Shown here piece after piece: positions 52,004 through 61,615 of a DNA stretch of 64,000 nucleotides. This DNA is from Acidobacteriota bacterium (GTDB lineage Bacteria > Acidobacteriota > UBA6911 > RPQK01 > JADFOI01): NCBI GenBank assembly GCA_963663035.1, contig OY760074.1, forward strand, positions 2,912,001 through 2,976,000, given 5' to 3'. Numbering within the stretch: the first letter of the stretch is position 1; every line of letters begins with the position of its first letter. Position numbers and translations under genes: made by a program. The notes beneath the pieces were generated by a model. The model did no database searches. It was not told the DNA's origin and saw only the letters and a program-made list of their open reading frames with translations.

Positions 52004-52148
52004 CCGGTATTATGCATAAATTATCTACTGCAGTGCCGCAATCATCCACGCTGACTGCGTTGTGCGACCCGCAAGCGGGTACCCCTCGCACGCCTTGTCA
52101 TCGCGGCGCCTGCGGCACTTCGTCACGAAAATCTACACATAATACCGG
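52004..52148 (-). mobile_element. Structured MITE-like element, type A, 145 bp
   Basis: TIR CCGGTATTATG/CATAATACCGG with a CTAG duplication. Starts right after the permease TAG. Confidence 0.9.
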
Positions 52149-52163
52149 CTAGACTTTAGGAGC

Positions 52164-53762
52164 ATGAACGAGAAGACTCTCGCACAGCACATTCAACGGC
52201 TGGCCTCGGATGCGTTTGAGGGCCGGTTCCCCGGTTCCATAGGGGAGGAACTGACCGTCGAGTATCTGATCCAGCAATTTGAAAGTCTGGGCTTGCAACC
52301 CGGTGACCCGGCCGGGAGCTATCTCCAGAAGGTCCCGCTTATCGGGATCACGGCAGCCTCCGAGCTGGAACTTGCCTTCAGGAGAGGGGCAGAAAAGATA
52401 TCGCTTCAGTCTGGCGATCAGTTCGTAGCCTGGAGCAAACAGGCGGTTCAAGAAGCATCCATCCAGGATTCGGATGTCATCTTCGCTGGCTATGGCGTGG
52501 TGGCACCCGAGTACAACTGGGATGACTACAAAGACGTGGACGTGAAGGACAAGACAGTCGTCGTGCTGGTGAGTGATCCACCGGTACCCGATCCGGATGA
52601 CCCTTCAAAGCTGGATGAGAAGCTTTTCAAGGGAAAGGCCATGACCTATTACGGGCGCTGGACCTACAAGCTCGAACAGGCCGCTCAAAAAGGCGCCAGA
52701 GCGTGCTTCATAATTCATGAGCCAGGGCCTGCCGGTTATCCCTGGGAAGTCGTGCAAGACAGCTGGAGCGGAGAACTGTTCGATCTGGTGACAACGGACA
52801 GGGAGATACCACACTGTGCCCTGGAAGGCTGGTTCACCAATGAGAGCACCCGCTCATTGTTTCAACTGGCAGGTCATGACCTGGAGACATTGAAAGAAGC
52901 CGCTGTCCGTCGGGATTTCAAACCCCTACCACTGGACCTCAAGGCCTCCCTGTCGATCGAAAATACCTTCCGGCGTCTCGACTCACAAAATGTCATTGCC
53001 AAGCTGGAGGGAAGCGACCCCAAGTTAAAGGAGCAATACGTCATCTATATGGCCCACTGGGATCACCTGGGCAAGAAAACAACTCCTAAAGGGGACCAGA
53101 TTTACTACGGAGCCGTGGATAACGCCAGTGGCATAGCCGGGTTGCTGGAGATGGCAAAGGGATTCACTCAATTGCAAACGCCTCCCCGCCGGTCCCTGCT
53201 GTTTCTCGCCGTGACGGCGGAAGAACAGGGACTCCTGGGTTCCACCTATTACAGTGAGAACCCACTCTATCCTTTAGTGAACACAACGGCGGCCCTGAAT
53301 ATGGATGGGATGAATGTGCTGGGCCCGACAAGTGACGTCACAATCACAGGTCTGGGAAACTCCACGCTGGAAGATCTGGTTCAAGCAGTTTGCAGCGAGC
53401 AGGGCAGGGTTATGCAACCCGATCCGCAACCGGAGAAAGGACTTTTTTATCGCTCCGATCACTTCAGTTTCGCCAAACAGGGCGTGCCTGCACTTTCCCT
53501 GAACCCCGGCATCGACTACCTGAACAAGCCCGAAGGTTGGGGATTGAAAGCTCGAGAGGAGTACACTCGTCGGCACTACCACAAACCATCAGACCAGTAC
53601 GATCCGGCCTGGGACTTGAGTGGAATGGCCCAGGACTTGGAGCTTCTCTTCCAGGTGGGCTATCGGGTGGCCAATCAGGACCGATATCCAACCTGGAAGC
53701 CGACCTCTGAGTTCAGAGAGCGCCGCCGGCAAATGCTCATGGAGGCGGGCCTGCCAGAGTAG
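52164..53762 (+). CDS. M28 family aminopeptidase with a PA domain
   Basis: AHWDHLG, GAVDNASG, TAEEQGLLGS, NMDG, RSDH and YHKPSD. Confidence 0.92.
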   Translation: MNEKTLAQHIQRLASDAFEGRFPGSIGEELTVEYLIQQFESLGLQPGDPAGSYLQKVPLIGITAASELELAFRRGAEKISLQSGDQFVAWSKQAVQEASIQDSDVIFAGYGVVAPEYNWDDYKDVDVKDKTVVVLVSDPPVPDPDDPSKLDEKLFKGKAMTYYGRWTYKLEQAAQKGARACFIIHEPGPAGYPWEVVQDSWSGELFDLVTTDREIPHCALEGWFTNESTRSLFQLAGHDLETLKEAAVRRDFKPLPLDLKASLSIENTFRRLDSQNVIAKLEGSDPKLKEQYVIYMAHWDHLGKKTTPKGDQIYYGAVDNASGIAGLLEMAKGFTQLQTPPRRSLLFLAVTAEEQGLLGSTYYSENPLYPLVNTTAALNMDGMNVLGPTSDVTITGLGNSTLEDLVQAVCSEQGRVMQPDPQPEKGLFYRSDHFSFAKQGVPALSLNPGIDYLNKPEGWGLKAREEYTRRHYHKPSDQYDPAWDLSGMAQDLELLFQVGYRVANQDRYPTWKPTSEFRERRRQMLMEAGLPE

Positions 53763-53841
53763 GAACGAACGATCAGCTGTGTTTGCGATTCGTTTCTCCC
53801 TTTCGCTATAATTCATTCATACTGTCAGGCTGTGTCTGTCA

Positions 53842-53915
53842 GGCGGTGTACCCAAGTGGTCTAAGGGAGAGGTCTGCAAAACCTTTATTCGTCGGTTCGA
53901 ATCCGACCGCCGCCT
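53842..53915 (+). tRNA. tRNA-Cys (GCA)
   Basis: GGCGGTG/CGCCGCC acceptor, anticodon loop CTGCAAA, TTCGAAT T-loop, U73 discriminator; CCA not encoded. Confidence 0.95.
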
Positions 53916-53932
53916 CTTTTTGCTTTCTTCTA

Positions 53933-54055
53933 CATATCTACAAAAATCCTTTTAAAACTGATTGCTTTAAATGCATCTCAAGTATTAGCATTGAGCCACA
54001 ACTGCATTGCGGTGAGGGGGAGTTTCGTGCTCGGCAAGACCATCTCACATTACAA
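53933..54055 (+). repeat. Direct repeat copy 1 (kinase upstream region, RBS and first 10 codons)
   Basis: Near-identical to 59367-59487. Confidence 0.92.
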
Positions 54056-56700
54056 AGTCTTAGAAAAAATCGGCCAAGGGGGCATGGGTGAGGTCTACCG
54101 TGCTACCGATACCAAGCTGAACCGGGACGTGGCACTGAAGATCCTGCCCGAGCAGTTTGCCTCGGATTCGCAGAGGATGGGAAGGTTCCAGCGAGAAGCA
54201 AAGGTCCTGGCCTCCCTGGATCATCCCAACATTGGGCAGATTTACGGGATTGAAGAAGCTGGCCAGACCAAGGCCCTGGTTCTCCAGCTCATCGCAGGCC
54301 CCACCCTGGCGGAAAGAATTGCCCAGGGACCGATCCCGGTGGAGGAAGCCCTCAAGATCGCCCTGCAGATGGCGGAGGGTTTGGAGGCGGCGCATGAAAA
54401 GGGGGTGATCCACAGGGATCTCAAGCCTGCCAACATCAAGATTACCCCGGAAGGCCAGGTGAAGATTCTGGATTTTGGTCTGGCCAAAGCACTGGAAGGG
54501 GAAACACCAGTCGCGGATTTCTCGCAATCGCCTACGCTCACTGATGTCGCCACCCAGGCTGGGGCCATTCTGGGTACGGCTGCCTACATGAGTCCTGAAC
54601 AGGCTCGTGGAGAAGCGACCGACCAAAGAGCGGATATCTGGGCATTCGGTTGTGTCCTTTTCGAGATGCTGACAGGACAAGCGGCATTTGCACAGCCGAC
54701 GTTGAGCGAAACACTGGTCAAGGTGCTTGAGAGCGATCCGGACCTTGCCGCTTTGCCTCCCGTGTCTCCACTCATCCGGCGCCTGGTCATCCGGTGTCTG
54801 GAGAAAACCCCCAGGGATCGACTCCAGCACATCGGTGATGGGCGCATCGATATCCGAGATTCGTTGGAGGGGCCGGCGCTTGAGGTCGTCGGCACGACGT
54901 CGGCTCCGGGGCTTTCAACCGTCCGCCTGACGTTCGTGTGGGCGGGCGTCGGCACCATTGTTTGCCTGGCCTTGCTGGCCGGATGGTTCGCAGCGACTCG
55001 GTCAGGGGGAGACCCGCCGCCTCAGGTCGTGCGCTTGGATGTTACGCCGATGACGCCGCTCACAACCACCGCACTGAATAGGGTGATCGCCATTTCACCC
55101 GATGGCAGGCACATCGCCTATTCAACCACCGGCCCCCTGGTGATCCGCTCCCTGGAACGATCGGACACTGTTTCAGTCAATAGTGGAGCGAGTCCTTTCG
55201 TCTCACCGGACGGCGAGTGGGTGGCTTTCTTTAGTGGGGTATCGGGAAATCTGGAGCGTGTGCCCGTAGGTGGAGGAACCCCGAGTCTTGTTACCTCTGT
55301 GCCTATCAGGCCGCTGGGTGGGAGCTGGGGCACCAATGACAGGATCGTATTCGCAAACAACGTGGGTCTGTTTCGAGTGCCCGCGGAGAGTGGGGAACCG
55401 GAGTTGCTTATCCGTCCGGATCCGGAACAGGGCGAGCTTTTCTACGCGTGGCCTGAGATTCTTCCAGGAGACCACAGTGCTTTATTCACCATCGTCCCGG
55501 AGGCACCGACTGCGGGCTTGCAGATTGCCGTCCTCGACCTGGAAACGCTCGAGTACAGAATTCTCCTGAGGGGGGGGGAGCGCTGCCCAGTATGCACCGA
55601 CCGGACATCTGATCTACGCGGACGAGGGAAGGCTGCAGGCCGTGCCGTTCGACCTCGATACTCTGGAGGTCATGGGTGACCCGGTGACATTGACTGAAGC
55701 GGCGGTTGCAGTGAAGCGGGCGGGCGGCGCCGAGTTCGACCTTTCGATGGCGGGAACGCTGGTCTACCTGCCGGCGCGTTCTGAAGGGATCTACACACTG
55801 GTCTGGGTCGATCGCGAGGGCCGCGAGGAAGCATTGGGAGCACCGGCACTGGGCTACATCTACCCCCGAATTTCGCCCGACGGGACACGCCTGGCCGTCG
55901 ACATGAGGCGTGGCGGTAACCGGGACATCTACATCTGGGATTTCGAACGCGAGAACATGACGCGCCTGACCAATCATCCGACGGAGGACTTGTTTGCTGT
56001 TTGGAGCCGGGACGCTCAACGTATCTTTTTTTCCTCCAACCGGAATGGTATCTTCAACGTGTTTTCCCGAGCGGCCGATGGCGCCGGCCCGGCCGAACTC
56101 ATCCTTGAGAGCCCACGCGTCCACATGCTGAATTCCTTGACCCCGGACGGATCCCGGCTTGTGATCGCCGAGGAGGTGTCGGCAACCGGCGGCGACGGCT
56201 TTGATATCGTTGCCCTCACTGTCGGCGAACCCCGGACGATCGAACCGGTTCTGGCGACGACATACACAGAGTACGGCGGCGAAGTCTCTCCCGACGGAAA
56301 CTGGCTGGCCTACCAGTCAGACGATAATGGTCAGATGGAGGTGTGGGTGCGGCCGTTTGCGGACGTGAACCGGCGACGCATTAAGATATCTGTCACGGGC
56401 GGCTTGCAGCCGATGTGGGGACCCGACGGCAACGAACTGTTTTATCGAAACCTGGCAGGCGACATGATGGCCGTGCCCGTGCAGTTTCTGCCCGACTTTA
56501 CCCATGGAGCGGTCAGGGAAGCTTTTCCGAAAAGGGGGTTCACGATCTCCACTGCCGGAGGTCGCCACTACGATATATCCCCAATCGATGGCCGCTTCTT
56601 GATAAGAAAGCCGGTGGAGGATTCCAGTGGAGCAGGCGAGAACATCGCAGTTGTCCTGAATTGGTTCGAGGAACTGAAGGAACGGGTGCCCAGGCCATGA
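54027..56700 (+). pseudogene. Hanks-type Ser/Thr kinase with TM and TolB/PD40 beta-propellers, frameshifted in a G9 run
   Basis: GQGGMGEV, VALK, HRDLKPAN, DFG and YMSPE. G9 at 55570-55578; G8 would read LRGGSAAQYAPTGHLIY into the 55642-56700 ORF. Confidence 0.85.
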
Positions 56701-56959
56701 TCGGCAAGACACTTTCCCATTACAAGATCATTGAAAAGCTGGGAGCTGGAGGCTGACCCGCTATATAGAAGAAGCGAACCGGGGCGAAAACGTCACTCCG
56801 ACACACATGGCCAGGGCGCATGGATATCTGGGAGAGAGGGATCAGGCTTTCGAATGGTTGGAACAAGGCTATGATACACGGGAGGGCGGTCTATGGTCTC
56901 TCAAGGTAATGCCCTGGTTTGACCCCCTTCGCCACGACCCTCGCTTCCCTAGCCTTTAG
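56697..56959 (+). pseudogene. Internally deleted kinase-TPR gene remnant
   Basis: MIGKTLSHYKIIEKLGAGG* (56697-56756) is followed at once by the typical C-terminal tail GYLGERDQAFEWLEQGY..WFDPLRHDPRF (56807-56959). Confidence 0.8.
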
Positions 56960-57022
56960 AGCAAAGCAGGTTTATCATTGTTCAAAGCGCAACGTATTCA
57001 GTCTCTCCATAGGAGGTGTCCT

Positions 57023-57508
57023 GTGCCCGCCAGAATAATGATCGCCATGTTAGTGGCACTGCTCATTCCGCTTGTCGCCTGTACGCAGGAGGCTGATTCA
57101 GAGTTGAGCGAAGTCATACCGCAACAAGCAATACCTTCCGAGGAGATGCCTTGGGAGAGCAACGAGGACGCAGGACTGGAGGCACTCGAGCAAGGCCAGT
57201 ATTTGGAAGCAGAGGAGCTGCTCTTAGCCGCACTCAAGCAAGCCGAAAAGTTCGGAGACCAAGACACCCGTCTGGTCACTAGCCTGAATAACCTGGCCAA
57301 CCTATACCGCGCCCAAGGCAAGCACTCCGAGGTGGAACCGCTGCTCCAGAGAGCCTTGGCCATCTACGAAAAGACGCTGGGGCCGGAGCATCCCTATGTG
57401 GCCTTAGGCCTGGAGAACTACGCCGCCTTCCTACGAGAGATGGATCGCAATGCGGAGGCGGATAAGCTGGAAGAACGTGCCCAAGCGATTTGGGCTATAG
57501 CGCGGTAA
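57023..57508 (+). CDS. TPR-repeat lipoprotein
   Basis: SD AGGAGG, lipobox LVAC, kinesin-light-chain-type TPR SLNNLANLYRAQGK..LGPEHP. Confidence 0.85.
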   Translation: MPARIMIAMLVALLIPLVACTQEADSELSEVIPQQAIPSEEMPWESNEDAGLEALEQGQYLEAEELLLAALKQAEKFGDQDTRLVTSLNNLANLYRAQGKHSEVEPLLQRALAIYEKTLGPEHPYVALGLENYAAFLREMDRNAEADKLEERAQAIWAIAR

Positions 57509-57551
57509 GGGATAGAAGTTTTTCAAGAATTGCTTTGCCAAAAGCGGCCCT

Positions 57552-58711
57552 TTATCTGACCTGGATTTCTCTTTCAAAAATTCGGTAATTCCCATGACTG
57601 TCGTTGGGTAATTCGATTTGTTCTCGCCGCCACTGTTCCAGAAAGAAGTAATCGGCTGTGACTTTCAAAGTATATGGGCCATCGTCATTCACAGAAAACT
57701 CAAAATGAAAGACCTTGGTTTTTTGAAATTCCAAACGTGTATCACTCCATTCAAAGGGGAAGGGTCGCCATAGAATTCTGCGAATCAATCTTTCCTCTTG
57801 AGATTTCAAGACCCTTTTCTTTTATCCAAAAGGCTCATCTTCAGTAAAATATGCCGATCAGGAGTACCCGTGGGCAATTTATGATGGGTTCCCACGTTAG
57901 TGGTCTTGATTTCATATTCAAATCGATTCCCATTTTCTGATTCTTTCTGAATTTCTACTTGGAGAGCCTGAGTCACCATTTCCGGTGAATGCCCACCACG
58001 CCATAAATGTTTTCTTCCCGGTCGCTCTGGAAATCCCTGAACGAGCGGACGAATGGTCTCCGGCATATGACAACCAATACAATCGGGTTCAATGTTATGA
58101 GCTTCGATGTCATCTATGGTGCTACAGATATTCAAGGTTCCCATCGAGAATGAAAAGGAACTTTTAATGACATGGCAACGACTACACACTTGCCACCCCG
58201 AAGTCATCTCTGGGTTAACTTTGACCGGATGAGGAGCTAATGTAGTTCCAAAAGGTCCAATGATTTGCCCCTCTTAGACATGGCAACTGGCACAAGTAAC
58301 CCCTTCCTTCTGAAATTCAGCATCAAAGTCCGGATTCTTTTCCAGTATTGGATCCCAAGGGTCATTATTCGTAAATCCCAACACCAGTTGTTCTTGTTGA
58401 TTCTGAAAAGGCGTATGACAATTCAAGCAATTTTGCTTTTGCTTATCAAAATGCCAATCTATTTGAAAATAATCATCGGTCCATGCCCGGGCATGAACCG
58501 TCGCTTTCCATTCTTCATAGATTCCTTTATGGCACACTCCACAATCTTCAGCTTTCAAGCTCACTAACCCTGCAGGAACCGACTCCTTGATAGGCAAGGC
58601 AATTTCATCGGTACTGAAATAGGTTTCAAGATCTCTAGTGAAAAAATAGACAGAGCCACCCAGTAGAAATAAGAAAGAAATACACTATCCAAATATCTTC
58701 TTCTTTCTCAC
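57552..58711 (-). pseudogene. Membrane-anchored multiheme c-type cytochrome (5 CxxCH), disrupted
   Basis: CGVCH, CLNCH, CASCH, CSRCH and CIGCH in one frame. In-frame TAG (58685-58687) and TAA (58274-58276), plus a frameshift near 57815. Visibly AT-rich. Confidence 0.85.
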
Positions 58712-58762
58712 TCTTTCACTTCTTGCTTTGACAAATCTAACTGCGGGGACCCATTTTGACAG

Positions 58763-59203
58763 CTATGCCTGGGGCCGGATCGACCCTTCGCTCGGTCGAT
58801 TCAACTTCTCAACGACTTCCTGACCTTCTTTCTTCCAATCCCTAATCCCGCAAACTTGACCCGCTTTGTAGCCTGCTTTGATAAATTTTTCAGCAGCACG
58901 CGACGCGCGCCCTGAAGCCTCTCAGTAGAAAACGAGCTCGATATCCCTGGGGATGTCCTTCATCCGTTTGTCGAGCTCTGCCATCGGAATGTGGATGCCG
59001 CCGGGAATTGCGCCGTCCCTTTCCAGCTCACAGTCCTCGCGGACATCGATCAAGAGAAATCGCTCGCCACTGTCAAGCTTTTCCTTCAGCTCCGAAATGG
59101 AGATGTGTTTCTTCTTCTTTTGCCAAGCCCATGTCGCAAGCGCCGCTAACATCAGAGCAATGACAAACGCCACCACCACAATCACCACCAGTCCTCCGGA
59201 CAT
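58763..59203 (-). CDS. Membrane-anchored rhodanese-domain protein, probable selenoprotein (UGA at 58922-58924)
   Basis: LIDVRE..GAIPGGIHIP..LVFY-UGA-EASGRASRAAEKF..GIRDWKKEG. The frame stays open to TAG 58763-58765, and a SECIS-like hairpin follows the UGA. Confidence 0.82.
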
Positions 59204-59366
59204 CTGTACCTCCTCCACGATTCAAGATTCTCACAAACTTTCCATGGATACTCATCATTCTAAGTGCCGAAGATACGAATTTCAAAGGAAAGCATCTGAT
59301 TCGGGGTTAGCGGGCAGGAAATGAAGTTTCTAATATTCCCCTCGAACAGACGGTCAACGCACTCGC

Positions 59367-59487
59367 CATATCTACAAAAATCTTTTTAAACTGATTGCTT
59401 TAAATGCATCTCAAGATTAGCATTGAGCCACAACTGCATTGCAGTGAGGGGGAGTTTCGTGCTCGGCAAGACCATCTCGCACTACAA
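59367..59487 (+). repeat. Direct repeat copy 2 (kinase upstream region plus MLGKTISHYK stub)
   Basis: Near-identical to 53933-54055. Kinase homology stops after about 12 codons. Confidence 0.92.
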
Positions 59488-59591
59488 GATCATCGATTGT
59501 CTCAGGGAAGACCCCTCATCCCGACGTCACCGGCGCTTACCCTCTACAAAGGGGAATCAACTCTCCTCACCTTCATCGTGAAATAGCACCC

Positions 59592-61031
59592 ATGCCCAAG
59601 AAAGATCGCAAAGTTACCGAGGATTTAAACTTACAAAACATCGTTGCCGCGCAGTTTGATGAAGCGGCCGCCCTGATCCAACAACCTCGAGGACTGCTGG
59701 AACAGATCAAGAGGTGCGACAATGTGTTTCAAGTGAATTTCCCCGTAAAGCTTGGTCAGAAACTTCACTATTTTTCGGGCTGGCGAGCTGAGCACTCCCA
59801 CCACCGTAAGCCCTTGAAAGGGGGAACGCGCTTTAACCCCATGGTCAACCAGGACGAGATCATGGCCCTGGCCGCCTTGATGACCTACAAGTGCGCCGTC
59901 GTTGATGTGCCTTTTGGCGGGTCAAAGGGAGGAATCGCAATCAATCCGAAGGATTTCAGCGAAGATGAGCTGGAAAAGATCACACGCAGGTATACTGCGG
60001 AGCTCATTCAAAAGAATTTTCTAGGACCGGGAATCAATGTTCCAGCTCCCGATATGGGAACAGGGGAGCGGGAGATGGCCTGGATCTACAGTACCTATGA
60101 CGCCTTTTATCCTGGGGGGATCGACAATCTGGCTTGCGTCACGGGCAAGCCGGTCACCCAGGGTGGGATCCGTGGTCGTCGGGAAGCCACCGGTCGTGGG
60201 GTCCAGTTTGGAATTCGCCAAGCCTTTCGCCACCCCGAAGACATCAAAGCCACCGGACTCGAGCCAGGCCTGGCAGGCAAGCGAATAGCCATCCAGGGAT
60301 TTGGAAACGTGGGCTACCACTGTGCCCAATTTCTTTGGGAGCAAGATGATTGCAAGATTGTCGCAGTCGGCGAACAGAATGGCACGGTCTGGAATCCGGC
60401 AGGTCTGAACATCGCCGAACTTGGCAGACACCAAGAAAAGAGGGGCACGATTTTGGAGTTCCCGGGGGCGACCGGAAGTGTGAAGGATCCAAAAGCCGTA
60501 CTGACCTTTGATTGTGACATTCTCATCCCGGCTGCTATTGAGAATCAGATCACCCTCTCCAATGTGTCCGAGATTCGAGCCAGGATCTTAGCTGAAGCCG
60601 CCAACGGTCCGGTGACCCCCGCTGCCGAGAGAGAGTTGCTGAAACGGGGCGTGCTCCTGATCCCGGATATCTTCCTGAATGCTGGTGGTGTCACAGTTTC
60701 TTACTTCGAGTGGATCAAGAGTCTGGCACATATTCGTTATGGCCGGTTACAAACTCGCCTGGACGAGCTTCGCGGGGAAAGTCTAGTGCTCCATCTGGAA
60801 AAAAGCAGCGGGCAGCCAGTGTCTCCTGACGTTCGGAAAGTTCTGCAGCACGGGGCCAGTGAAATTGACTTGGTCAATTCCGGACTGGAAGGAACAATGG
60901 CCAACGCTTACCTGGAAGTAAGAAATGTTTTCAAGCGCCGGAAGCGCATCCCCAGCTTAAGGACCGCCGCCTATATCGTTGCCATCGAAAAGATCGCCAG
61001 GTCCTACCGGGAATTGGGCTTCTTTCCCTGA
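59592..61031 (+). CDS. gdhA: Glutamate dehydrogenase (Glu/Leu/Phe/Val family)
   Basis: KGG, MTYKCA, FGGSKGG, VPAPD, GFGNVG, EAANGP and NAGGVTVSYFEW. Confidence 0.93.
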   Translation: MPKKDRKVTEDLNLQNIVAAQFDEAAALIQQPRGLLEQIKRCDNVFQVNFPVKLGQKLHYFSGWRAEHSHHRKPLKGGTRFNPMVNQDEIMALAALMTYKCAVVDVPFGGSKGGIAINPKDFSEDELEKITRRYTAELIQKNFLGPGINVPAPDMGTGEREMAWIYSTYDAFYPGGIDNLACVTGKPVTQGGIRGRREATGRGVQFGIRQAFRHPEDIKATGLEPGLAGKRIAIQGFGNVGYHCAQFLWEQDDCKIVAVGEQNGTVWNPAGLNIAELGRHQEKRGTILEFPGATGSVKDPKAVLTFDCDILIPAAIENQITLSNVSEIRARILAEAANGPVTPAAERELLKRGVLLIPDIFLNAGGVTVSYFEWIKSLAHIRYGRLQTRLDELRGESLVLHLEKSSGQPVSPDVRKVLQHGASEIDLVNSGLEGTMANAYLEVRNVFKRRKRIPSLRTAAYIVAIEKIARSYRELGFFP

Positions 61032-61046
61032 GCCTTGTCGAGGCGG

Positions 61047-61586
61047 ATGAACCAAGAGCAATACCAAGTTGATATCCTGCGTGCGTTTCGCAGACTGAAG
61101 AAGCATAGCGACGCAGCCATGGCTCAAGTTTCGGATGAGGACTTCTTCAAGGCTCTGGACGAGAACAGCAATAGCATTGCGTTGATAGTCAAACACATCA
61201 GCGGCAACCTGCATTCACGCTGGGAAGACTTTCTGACCACTGATGGAGAGGCCCCAGGCCGTCATCGCGACCAAGAGTTTATTGTTGCCCCCAGCGATTC
61301 CAGGATCAGTCTTCTTGAGCAGTGGGAACGAGGGTGGCGTTACCTATTCGATACCATCTCTGCTCTCCAGGCCACTGACTTCACCGCTACAGTGTCAATC
61401 CGCAAAGAGCCGCATTCGGTCGTCCAAGCTATTAATCGTTCACTGGTCCATTGTGCAGGTCACGTTGGGCAAATAATCTTTCTTGCCAAGCATCTCGCCG
61501 GTGAGCGCTGGCAGACTTTGACCATTCCTCTTGGAAGGTCAGAAGAGTTCAACGCAACCGGGAAACCCTTCTTGCAGGATGACTAG
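61047..61586 (+). CDS. DinB-like/DUF1572 family protein
   Basis: NSIALIVKHISGNLHSRWEDFLTTDGE..RDQEF and HVGQI. Confidence 0.85.
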   Translation: MNQEQYQVDILRAFRRLKKHSDAAMAQVSDEDFFKALDENSNSIALIVKHISGNLHSRWEDFLTTDGEAPGRHRDQEFIVAPSDSRISLLEQWERGWRYLFDTISALQATDFTATVSIRKEPHSVVQAINRSLVHCAGHVGQIIFLAKHLAGERWQTLTIPLGRSEEFNATGKPFLQDD

Positions 61587-61615
61587 GTAGCACTCTCCCC
61601 GCCTTCCCTTCGCTG

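Noticed and set aside
53842-59487. Classical integrase-driven island or prophage at tRNA-Cys
   Set aside because: No integrase, no phage genes and no duplicated tRNA 3' end; the flanking repeat is a kinase 5' region.
53933-59487. Diversity-generating retroelement TR/VR pair
   Set aside because: No reverse transcriptase in the window, the differences are not adenine-specific, and the repeat covers a gene start rather than a C-terminal variable region.
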